From: Catajapyx aquilonaris
Taxonomy: Eukaryota
Length of the DNA: 57,120 bases
Direction of reading: 5' to 3'
NCBI GenBank assembly: GCA_000934665.2
Contig: KZ538126.1
Span: forward strand, 62,001 to 119,120
Under the pieces are notes generated by a model. That model searched no databases. It saw only the letters and a list, made by a program, of their open reading frames with translations, and was not told the DNA's origin. Shown piece by piece: positions 26,002 through 36,969 of this stretch; position 1 is the stretch's first letter; the number at the start of each line of letters is the position of its first letter. The translations under genes and the position numbers were made by a program.

Positions 26002-26204
26002 AAGTGTATACACACAGCAATAAATAAAATACACATTCGAAAATTCGAACTTCCCTCTTTTTATCAGTACTATCGTCATATGAACAGGCTGGTAGCTCAT
26101 CCGATATTATCACTTCTCTGGTGCTGACTGCTGTCTGCTGGTGCTGGTTCTGGTGCTGGTGGACCAGCATGGCTTCTGGTTAGGTATCCAGTAGCCATCC
26201 AGGA

Positions 26205-27525
26205 ATGAGGGCCATGCACTGTCTTCGTCAGGTACTGAGAGGATGCAGTGTACGGTGCGTCTCCAGTGTGGCCGTAGCGGAGTCACCCATGGACATTTTC
26301 CTGGACCGGCTGTGCTCCAGGGCTGCACCTAGCCGCAATGGTCCATCCAAACATAGGTTGCGGAACACTACTAAACCGCTTGCAAGAGGCAGGGTGAAGC
26401 TACCGTTTACAGCAAGTACGGATGCAGATGTGTCGCTTGAAGCAGCCATTGCGGCCAGACAACTAGACCGAATGAGCAGCGTACTAACCCAGTGTATTCA
26501 CAACGAGGTGGCTCCTGACTCAAAGTTGCTGGTGGCCGCTGTGAGGGTATGTTGCGATCTACAGGCTGAAGAGGTGTTCAAGCAGGCACGGTATTTGTTG
26601 AAATCTGCGTATCCCAGAAAGTGCGAGGAGCAGGGCAACCTGGAGCATTACAGGGCTGAGCTTCTGTGGAAGTCGGGGTACTGGTCGGAATCAATTTTGC
26701 TGTTTGGAACGCTGCTTGATGATCCACCGGTGAACCTTGGCCGCAAGTACCGCACAATGTCCACCTTTCTAGTCATGCAGCTGGTGGAACAGGGACTTGC
26801 GGATCACCTCCAAAGGTAATGTTCTTTGATAAAGAGCAGTTGAACATAATCACAATGCTTTTAAACCTTAGTGTAGTGGAGCTCGGAAGGGAGTGTGCAG
26901 AACGAAGCGACTACTACTTGCTGGGTGCCGTGTGGAAAGCATGTTTTCTCAGCCAGAGGCCGGACTTTCAGAGGGTAGCCGACGAACTGGTGATGGAGGA
27001 GCAGGATGGGATCCGCCTGGCGATATCCGGAAAGGTTGAAGGTGTGCTTCAGGCAGCCCTTGCACAGGAGAATGAACTCAACACAATCAGGAGATGCATC
27101 GAGTTAGTTCTGAGGCTCAAGCTTACTGAACTCTACCCGAAAGTATTTGCAGCACTCTTGGAACATCAGTGTGAGTTTCCAAATGCTCCAAAATTGAATG
27201 TCAACTTAAAAGTTATATGCGAAAGGCAAAAATTGCGGCTAGGTGTTGATAAGCAATGTACACAGCAGTTTTAAAATCTGCAGAATTGTATTTTTGTTAC
27301 ACAGGTTCACACGCAGACCTGCAGGGTGCTGCTTCCACAGTTGAGTACATGCGGAAGTACCATATCCAACTAAGTACTGCCCAGCTTGCAGTCTACCTAG
27401 GCCTTCTCAACCACTACAAGATTCAAGTCCCGTGGATGTTGCTCAAAATGAAGTACAATGGTGCAAAGAGGGCTGTAATACCATCAAAAGTTGAACCGGT
27501 AGCACCATTCAAATTAAGATTCTAG
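26205..27525 (+). CDS. Uncharacterised alpha-helical protein with Arg-rich N-terminus (probable mitochondrial import; PPR/TPR-like is only a guess)
   Basis: Exons 26205-26815, 26872-27170, 27305-27525 give 377 codons with canonical GT-AG and matched phases. AATAAA at 27543. N-terminus MRAMHCLRQVLRGCSVRCVSS lacks acidic residues. Confidence 0.75.
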
Positions 27526-28292
27526 AGAGGATGGAAGTTTGTAATAAAAATGTAGTTTATATGAACTGTTATTTCATTCTGATGTTAGAAGAGCAGTAAC
27601 AACTAAAAAAAAAAAAAGAAGAATACCATGGAGGAGTTGCGAATAATAACAGAAGGGACTGCAAGTGTCGAGTGCAAATGAATTAAAAAATACTTTTGTG
27701 CTACAGTTAATATGCAACCCAAAAACCTCAATAAACTCCGACCTTTATAAGGCACTGGTAACAAACAGGACGAGAGCAAAAATTGTCTGTAAAAATTGTG
27801 ACCCAAACAGACCTGACAAATTATTGCAGATGGCTCAATATTCCAGTCCAATGCACAGGGAAAAACATGAGATTTACAACACACAACCGCATTGCAATTA
27901 CAATGTTGCAGGCAAGGGGGGGGGAAAAAAATACAGCATGAAATAACCTGTCCTTAACTTTTTTTTTCCCACATTGTGAAAATTAATGAGTATGCCAGAA
28001 AAACCTTTATATACAAGAGGAAAAATTGCATTTGCACCTTCATAAACCAGCTCTATATATAAATATATATGTATAAATCATGAATGACATTTTCTCAATA
28101 TTTTTTAAATCGAGCGGAACCCCCTAGTGGCGAGTTAAAAACAGCAGTTTGGAAGGGCAGCTTTTAACATTTTGTAGAGATGGATGGAGAAGGTAGGGAG
28201 AGGGGCGGAAATAAACACAAACAAATGGTTCAGTCTTGCAGCCCACTGATGTAGAAAAATATTCCTTCCATTGAAAGGAGACGTGGCAAATT

Positions 28293-31200
28293 TTATGAAG
28301 CAACTTCATCTGGAGGTGAGACTTCCTTCTCGACTGGTGGTGACACTGTCTCGTAGAACTTGGCCTGAAGCAAATAAGGGGAAAATTAATTAATTGCGTG
28401 TTAATTCAGTCAACGTCAGAGTGCACACACCAATCCATCCGCATGCAAAGTGAAACAGTGCGAAATGGTTACTATTGGTGAACTTGGTTATGGTGAATAT
28501 TGGAATTGCTTGCTGCCAGTTATTTTTTTTTACATCAAAGATAAATATTCCTCCCTTGAGGAATATTTACAAAAGGTGTGATAGGAAAAAGTTTCAAATT
28601 TTAAAGTTCAGGTCACATCAATATAATACACATTCATAGTGCACTACAGGTACAATACTATTGCGGACACTCTCCCATAAGAAGAGCATGTGAAAGTGTG
28701 CAGAATAATATCGTGCCCATAGTACATAGCGTGGACACACAAATGAAATCCACCAAGTCAAAGTGTCGATTTTGAGTTACTTTCACCATTACTCATATCG
28801 ACTTGAAACTACGACTTGTGCATCAAATTGTACTTTTGCACGTGCATGGTCTTGTTTGCATGGGAAATAGGCCTGTTTCCATATCGACTAGTGCGTCCGA
28901 AAATGAGGCCTTTTTAGGATAATATTTATTAATTGGTGGAAGTGATCAGGACTTCATAAACATATACAAAGGAGGAAGAGGAGGAAAACGTAACTTTGTG
29001 ATACTGTTGGCTTTTCCGTGAAAATGTAACTAGAAAAACGCATGCAACATTCCATTGCTCACATGCGCAAGTCTACCTTTTTGCCTTTTAAAAGTGAGAT
29101 AGCCATAGTTGCTTTGGCTCCTTCCTAATAAACGAAACTAATAAACCATGTGTCCGAGAATTTTGACCCCGACAATATATCAGTGATGTATTTGCGTAAC
29201 ATCAGTCATGTTATTTTGGTGATGTTCTGGGTACAGACCACCAGACGTGCTAGAGCAGAGCCCATGAACAATGGGAAGGTATATGAGAAGGTCGCACTCG
29301 ATCCACAAATCGCTCAAGGGGCAGCCTGCCACAGTGCCACTGGGCCGATTCACTTCGGGCATCTGGCAAGAGAAGGGCAGGTCTCTCCTCACTCCAAGAT
29401 AATCTGCAGCCTCTTGGTCAGACCACCAGATGTGGACAAGCAGGGGAGTCACACGTGACCACACAAGAGGACTGTGATTGGTTACCGGCCGTGCTTATGG
29501 CAGGGAGCATATACTACATAAGAGGCGCAAACTTATGTCGGCGCCTTTGTTGTTCGCGTCTTTCTGTTTATAGGGCGTTGCCAAGGCCGGCGGCCATCTT
29601 GACGTGTGTGGTATGCCAACGAGGTATAAATAGGGTACAGGCAAAAATAAGGTCCGCCATCTTTGATGGTTTTGGCTGCCATGGCAACTACATGGCAATA
29701 ACACGCGCGAATTTGAATTCTATATTGGAAAATGGGTAAGTAAATTGTTATTGCCGTGTATTGCCATGGCAGCCCAAATCATCAAAGATGGCGGACCCCG
29801 CGGACCTTGACGGCCTGCCTGTACCCTATTTATACCTCGTTGACATCCCACACACTTCAAGATGGCCGCCAGCCTTGGCAACCCCATAAACAGAGAGACG
29901 AAAAAAATCTAATGTTTGCGCCTCTTATGTAGTATATGCTCCCTGCTTATGGCATGTGCTTGCACGTAGGATCTACCTGGAATAGATCGAAGACGCACGC
30001 ACAAGGCGCAGATGCGAGCGGTGAATGTCACCACGAAACCACAATGCGTACCAACGGTGTTCCATCGAATTGTTGCATATCGATCTTGCCCTGGGGCAGA
30101 TGGAAGCCACACGCACCAGAGTGCCAACAGTTGCGGCGCGGTGAATGGCAACCACAGGGCAACCAATGTCAACAAGAGGCCTACACGCACGCAGAAATGG
30201 CGTTCCAACCAAGTTCCAACGCACGCAACAGTACGAATTTCGCGCACAAGTTGTAGTTTCAAGACGATATGAGTTTAGACTTAAGCAATTATTCTGCTCT
30301 ACTGCCTGGTGAAGTCCATTTAGTCCTAAGATTCATAATGAGGCAGCAAGACAGGATTTTCTGTCACTAGCGCATAAGCAAGTGCTTTGCCATTAATAAT
30401 AATTAATTTTGAAACTGGTTTTCTCCACTTGGTGGATTTCACTTGTTTGCCGAGGACATAATGTGGCAGGTAATGCATAAAAATTGGTGTCACAGGGTCA
30501 TGTGCCTCATGCTTTGCATGTAAGTACTGGGAGGCAGCTCCACTTTTGAATTACGGTGTAACCAAGTGATTGGTAAATACAGCTTCACATTCTAAAAACA
30601 AGTTAGCCCACTTGCTACAACTCTCTCTGGGGGATAAAAAGTGAACAATACCGCTATATAACAGTGGCGCTCCGTTTGCCATCACCTCCACCCCACCACC
30701 TATAAGGCGTCTACCAACAAAAACAACAAAAGATTTCATAAACACTAGATCAGCAGTACATGGCACAGCATCCAGTACTAGAATTTCTAATAGGCTATGT
30801 AAGTTGTAATGTAAAAAGTATAACATATAAAAGATGACACATAGTAAGTGACATGACAGCACATGAAAGCAAGAGGAGGATAAGTGAAATTCATGATATA
30901 TCTAAGACAACACCCCAACTTTCATGGAAAGAAAGTTGATTATTTCGGATAGAGATCCATCATTTTTGAACTCCTAACACACCACTTGCACTTAATCCTT
31001 TTGTAAGAAAATTTTTATAAGCTTTGTCAGTATCGCTGCACAATCTGTATTGCCAGTACTTGAGGAAAACTGACCTCATCTGGTGGAGATGTGATCCCCA
31101 TATCCCCCTGAGCCTGCTCCTCCTCGTCAGAATCCTCTTCTCCTGAGGAATCGCCCATGGCAGCATTTCCTCCCTTCCCGTCACCCTTGGAAGCCGCTGA

Positions 31201-34165
31201 TGTCCCACCAAGGTGCTGGGGGACCCCAGTATTATTGTGTGCCTTGGCCTTTGAGAGCACATCGTAGCAGGTGAGACAGATGCGCAATGGCTTGGAAGAC
31301 TGCATGGGCAACAGGAAGCGCTTGTTCGAGCAAGGGTTGCACACCACCGCTCCACATTTGCGGCAATGATGCTGGAAATAACAAAACACATGTAAAGCCC
31401 ACACATTTCCTCAACAAAACTGATATCCAGCAGGTGGTCGGTGCATTGCATTTACGAACTGTGGGAAATGAATTGGAGACAGCAATAGAATGCTTCACGT
31501 CTTAAAGAGCATTATAAAAGTGCAGTTTTCATTTCATGGATGGCTGGCCATGTGGAACCAATTACTGCTTAAAATAGCATGTGTGATGCCTGCATACTTT
31601 GCTGCAGTGATGTCATACAATTTTAAAGATCCAAGAAAGAAGCCAATGGAAGGGGAAAATGCATTCACTATTAGTAACAGATACTGAAAACTATCAAATA
31701 GTACTAAGACTAGATACACCAGCCGAGAAAAAAAATCCTGCAGCCACCTGCATAAGTATGAGAACATTAAGTCATCAAACTAATTACGGTGAATTGCACA
31801 GGCATCAGCAAATTGAATTTGTCCTATCTACCATTAGATTAATTCTTCCACTAATCATCACTTGAAAGGATCCCACACATTCTGCCCACAACATTAAATT
31901 GTGTGAAAGGGATAATGACCACCCTGTCAATGCCATTGTGTCGGGCAGGAGTCCATATTGGGAAGGGCGCTAATTCTCATCAGTGAAAAGGAATTCCTGA
32001 CTGTGCAGCATGAGTCCCATTGTATGCAAATATGAAGCTGTGCTATGCGTAGTATCTAATCAAAACCTGCAGCTTTCACAGGAGTGATTCACCATCTCCT
32101 CATGGTTCAATATTCTCAGAAGCCAACAACATTAAAAGTCCATATGGTATTACTCACCCTTCGATTAAGCATTGTAAACTGTGTCTTCTTGCAATGCATG
32201 CAAACGGCAGCCTCGGAGTCGGGCACCCAGACAGCTGCATGCTGCTCTATTGCTTTCTTGCCACCTGAAGGAAGACCCACAAATATTATTCTCATGGCAG
32301 TGACCAAGACCACGTACTCCAACTTGATTTAATTATTTACATTATAAAGGCATATAAAGAGAAAAAACATACTCTTCCTCAACAGATCCTCGATACACTT
32401 ATTAATGTGTGCCATCCACTCCTGCTTCTCTGTTGTAGTGGCAGCATACACAGCAAAAGACTTGGACGCGGTACAGATGAGCCAACCATTGCGAAGCTCT
32501 TCATATGGTATGAAAAGATGCAACAGTATTAATATAATATCACAATAATAATGCAAAACAATTGCAGCACTTTAAAATGTCTCTCATAAAATAATATTGT
32601 AAAAGGTTAACACTATTTTGATACAATTTGGTTAATAATTCTTCATATTTACATCCAAGATTTTACTATTCCCGTTCATATGGTGTACTGCATGAGTCAC
32701 AGTGTTGCTTTTCTCATATTTTAGCATTTCAACTCTATATATGCAAGATGTTATTGCAATATACCATGCACATGGTAACTGAATACTCATGACTCATGTG
32801 TAGGTAGCAAAGCTGAAAATGTGTCATACACAACATGCCTATCTGAGTGTACAGAGCAGTTAGTTACAAATGCCTGCAGACATTTGGGCAAACAGCATAT
32901 GCCCGGTTCTAATATCAGTATGAGAAATATCTGTAAAGAGACTTAATGTTTACATACCCTAGGCCTACATCTAAAATTGACCCATTATCTTATCCAAGCT
33001 CTTCCAGTTTAAAACAACACAATTTTAATACATTCAACAACACAAGAGATCAGATTTTAATCCAGATAGTGCCATTCTGTACATGACAAGAGGTTTCAAT
33101 GACCAATGAAGAAAGATAGCTAAACTTACGTCCATCGTCCTCAAGAGTCTGCAGCTTAACCTCTTCAAGAGGAATGATGTGCTGCTTGTTGTACTTCTTC
33201 TTGTTGATTACAATATTGCCATAAACCAATATGTCATTGAAGAGGAAGAACTGCCTGGGTTTTGGCTTCTTCCGACACATCTTGGTCAGCACCCCCTCTC
33301 CAACGAGCACCCTCCCTGGAACACCCAAGGGCTGCCCCGAGCTGCCGAAACAGCTCTCCACCATGGCAATGCGGCGGGCATTTGCCTCACTGTTAACTGA
33401 AGGAGAAAAACATGGCAATGAGTAAGAAAAACCACTTAGGCCGGGTTGCACCGGCACCCGGAAAATTTATCTGGCCGAAGAAGAGCCAGAACAGTTTGTT
33501 GTTCGTTATTGACAACAATGAATAACAAACTATCCAGGCTCTTCTGCGGCCAGATAAATTTTCCAGGAGCCGGTGCAACCAGGCCTAAGAATTATTTTTC
33601 ATGCAATAATTCCCCATGATAACTTATTACACGGTGGAGCCAGCATTTTTTTGTCGAACTTTGAAGTGTATTTTTAAATATTAATATTGATTGTTCTGGT
33701 GCCGTACAAACATAACAGATGTGGTTCCTTAAGTCACCTTGGGATGGGCAGCACTGAAGCTAATTAATGTGTCAGTTAATAAGAAAAGAAGCCATGCTGG
33801 AACAGTACTAATCGCTGAAGCGTAACATCAACACACCCACTTCGTAGCGATTCACTTCGCCCCAATCTGTCACCTGCCTAGCCACAAACCACGCAATTTT
33901 TGGCACTTGTCATCTCTCTCGTATCATCCTGCATGACTAACAAGCACCATCGATACGGCCATAATTGCCAAGAATGACGCCCATTCCCTGGCACACATGC
34001 CAAACATTTTTTTTAAAGAGCCCTCATACGATAGCCATGTCGCAGGTTAAGGTCACTGCCCAAGGTCAACAATTCAAGGCTGAGCCACATTTTCGCCTAC
34101 TAATTAGCCAAAAAATCAGCCAATTTTTCAGTACATAGACATAGGACCACATAACATGCTGTAGG

Positions 34166-34209
<44 letters not shown>

Positions 34210-34507
34210 GTGGCTGTTCTGTCGGCAACTGACATTGCACCAAATGACCTGCTGTAGGAACATTATTATTATTATTATTATGTGGCTGTTCTGTCGGCAA
34301 CTACTGAGAATGCAAACTGTTCTGTCCATCAGAATTTTTCCTTCCAAAGTCAGCGACTAGGCCCAGGTCCTTTCTTCTTCATCGACCCTTGACCCCGCCG
34401 GTGTCCACAAGCGTCTCTTCCCTTCTTCCTTGTGCCATCCCTTGACCACACAGTTAGTACCCAGAGCCCCCAGAAATATTCTTCCACCTACCCAATCGGT
34501 CCACCAT
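28293..34507 (-). CDS. PLEKHF2: PH- and FYVE-domain protein Phafin2 / Drosophila Rush hour orthologue
   Basis: Exons 34492-34507, 33130-33396, 32373-32498, 32158-32264, 31075-31371, 28293-28364 give 295 codons. MVDRLVNSEANARRI..VESCFG, PH domain GEGVLTKMCRKKPKPRQFFLFNDILVYG, FYVE WVPD...RRHHCRKCG, acidic DSSGEEDSDEE tail. Confidence 0.96.
28733..30451. mobile_element. ~1.7-kb TIR-bounded DNA-transposon relic in PLEKHF2 last intron (hosts the nested fold-back)
   Basis: Left GGACACACAAATGAAATCCACCAAGT; reverse complement of right end GGCAAACAAGTGAAATCCACCAAGT. No clear TSD. CpG-richer interior with short decayed ORFs. Confidence 0.6.
29501..29945. mobile_element. 445-bp fold-back transposon with ~200-bp arms (P/Galileo-like if 7-bp TSD, Mutator-like if 9-bp)
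   Basis: CAGGGAGCATATACTACATAAGAGGCGCAAAC ... GTTTGCGCCTCTTATGTAGTATATGCTCCCTG. Direct repeat CTTATGG at 29494-29500 and 29946-29952. Confidence 0.9.
33435..33589. mobile_element. Near-perfect fold-back MITE (Harbinger-like GGCC termini)
   Basis: CTTAGGCCGGGTTGCACCGGC..GGAAAATTTATCTGGCCG.AGAAGAGCC pairs along ~70 bp with GGCTCTTCT.CGGCCAGATAAATTTTCC..GCCGGTGCAACCAGGCCTAAG. Confidence 0.85.
34157..34302 (-). repeat. Two tandem units of a 22-bp sequence joined to a (TAA)n tract
   Basis: TGCTGTAGGA(ATT)nATGTGGCTGTTCTGTCGGCAACT at 34157-34230 and 34250-34302. Confidence 0.85.
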
Positions 34508-35010
34508 CTTTCCTCGGACTCTCCTCTTTCCCCAGCCAGCCCGAGAGAGTTTCGCCCTCTTCCCCTCCTCGCTTTTTTTTTCTTTTTTTTCTTCTTTCTT
34601 TTTGTCGCCTCCTTTTGACTCACTCGTTCTGTTGGATCCCTTGCTTCCGATATGGACCAAACTCATAGCGATACAGTAATCAGATATGACGCACACGTTA
34701 ATTAAAATAATTAGGAACGCAATTAATCACACGTTGCTAATCATGTTTGTAATCCTGATGTATGTTGGCTACCATGCATCTCATGACTCAATTAAGCAGC
34801 TAACAAGATGGGTTGTAAGCTGCTACTTTTAATCCCGCTCTTCTAATGCGCACAGGCTTTCAACAGTACTTATATTGCACTTACAGACAATTACAGGCCG
34901 TACAATTAACAACTACATGTTCGCTGATGCAGTACTGGTTTATTACCTGGCGTACTGTAAGAACAGGAGTGACATGCTGCTTATTAGGCGAGCTTCATTA
35001 GCTGTGTTGT

Positions 35011-35040
35011 TTCCGGCCCGTCACGTGAGGCGCCGCCATT
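35011..35040. promoter_or_regulatory. Bidirectional PLEKHF2/RNASEK promoter motif cluster (ETS, CLEAR/M-box-like E-box, YY1)
   Basis: TTCCGG-CCC-GTCACGTGAG-GCGCCGCCATT; E-box at 35020-35029. Confidence 0.55.
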
Positions 35041-35143
35041 ACTTCATCGGAGTTGATAAATGTTCGATCTGTTGTAGCGTCTCCTTCCTTTTGGTCTTTT
35101 CCCCATTCCCCTGTGGCCTCTGAGGACTTCCAAGGAACGAGCA

Positions 35144-36168
35144 ATGCCGGTGTGCGGTCCTAAGCTCTCCCTCTGCTGCACCATCATCAGCATATGGGGA
35201 ATCTTCCAGCTGGTGAGGCCTTTTAAAAAGGGAACATTCCATTTGGAATAATGGCTGGGTTGGGTTTTGGAGCTTAATTAATAATGTTTTGTTTCTTCAG
35301 GTGCTGATGGGCATCTTCTTTTACTTCAACTGCGTCACGCTTGTGGACGATGCGATGCCAAAGGGGTATATCTACACTTCAGACGCGCAGTTCCAGAAGG
35401 ATGTGGTTAAAAACTATACCCAGGTGGGTTTATCCTATCAAGTGATATGTCCATGGTCAAATGTTAATTAAAACTATTATTAAAAGTTACGTATTGCGTA
35501 CACTGTAAACCACGATACATTAAAAGAGCATCACTGCTGAGTCTCTCGTTGAACATCAATTTTTAATGCACCTGTGATGCTCCCGTGATGCTTTTTTGTT
35601 GCTAAAAAGCATCACAAGAGCATTAGAAGGACATTAAGAATTGATGTTCCATGAGAGAGACTCCACTGTCACCAGTGATGCTCTTTCTAATGTTTTGCTG
35701 TTTACAGTGTAGTTTGTGCCCCCCTAAACAAGCCTAGGGCTTCAGAACGGGGTAATAAACTAAAAATTAATGAAATATTGCTTAGTTTAGGCAACAGATT
35801 ATTTGCGAATCACGGTTAATTTGCAAGGTTGAAGTTTACCCGAGCACAAATTCTCAACAGATAAAATGGAATCCCATCCGCCACGGAATTTCGCAGAGTA
35901 GCGACTTGTAGACAAATAACACTGCATGATGGTATAGCATTTAAAAAATGAATTGCGATAATTGCGATAATGGTGCAGATTTTTCAAATTAAATGCATGG
36001 GCCGAACAGCACCATAGTGTCTTCCCCCTTGAGAAGCAACTAACGATCAATTATTTTTTCTTTCAGAATGCCCACAACTGCTGGATTGCTGCCTGCCTGT
36101 ATTTGGCAACCTTAGCTGTCTCGGCACATCAGCTGTACATGAACAACAAGGGATCAACTCGGCCGTGA
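35144..36168 (+). CDS. RNASEK: Ribonuclease kappa / V-ATPase subunit f
   Basis: Exons 35144-35212, 35301-35423, 36067-36168 give 97 aa. MPVCGPKLSLCCTIISIWGIFQLVLMGIFF...YTQNAHNCWIAACLY. AATAAA repeats at ~36303-36316. Confidence 0.95.
35501..35709. mobile_element. Fold-back MITE with CACTG termini (animal CMC/EnSpm-like) in RNASEK intron 2
   Basis: TA|CACTGTAAAC ... GTTTACAGTG|TA. Internal GAGCATCAC/GTGATGCTC subrepeats pair across the element. Confidence 0.8.
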
Positions 36169-36969
36169 AGGGAAAGCAAATTATCAAATTCACTTGTCAA
36201 AATTTGAGCAGAAGAAAGGATGTGAATAGATGCGACTTTTTGTTCAATACATGTATTAATTGTTGTTACTTCTGATAGTTATGTTTACATTCCAGGTCTG
36301 TAAATAAATAAATAAATGTTGATTGCACCCATTTATTTTTGTCTTTGAGGCACTATACAAAATACACTGGGGCCATTGAAACCTGTTGGCACTTGTCCTT
36401 GCAGTTTGCTCTGCAAGTGCAATACAAAGAAATAATAGTCTTAGAAAAAATGCCTGTCATTGCGAATGTTATGTCACTCACATGCTCGTACAGAAATTAC
36501 CTATTGGCACGCTTCGGACAATGGCGTTAAGAATGTTTGCTGCTGTGCTAAGCCATGCAACACGTGTTGCATGAATTGAAGGAATGTTAATGCTTATACT
36601 GCGAAAATAAAAGGCAGTGGCTTGTTGAAGTGTATGCAACTAGCTTTCTACCAGTTTGATGAAGACTGATTTCCCTACAAAATAAAGGAAATGAAAAAAA
36701 ATGGCAGACTTATGTGATGTGACTACTCAGTTCCAATATCGGAAACGAATGGAACCATGACCTTGCAGCTCCTACAAAAATGGACGGTAGTAAATGTTTG
36801 CACTACTCTCAGGTTCGGTGCCTGCGAACTACAGTACTGACTTCCGCCACAAAAATTAACGTCAACTCTTTGAAAGCAACAATGGGCAAAGGCATTATTT
36901 GGCATTTGAAAATTTCTGAGGGCAAGGCAAACACTTGCTACTGAGTACTCTCTGAAGGTAGCAACTCTT

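Larger units (their letters stand above)
21775..26025 (+). repeat. Tandem segmental duplication of a ~1.2-kb lectin unit (copies ~21775-22960 and ~24871-26025) separated by a ~1.9-kb spacer
   Basis: Near-identical sequence from CAACTATTGCGATG through promoter, three exons and AATAAA in both copies. Confidence 0.93.

Noticed and set aside
28640..28725. Degenerate inverted repeat adjacent to the 1.7-kb element
   Set aside because: Only about 70% pairing over ~34 bp; too weak to call.
34066..34347. Poly-Ile / poly-Asn ORFs
   Set aside because: Translations of the (ATT)n microsatellite.
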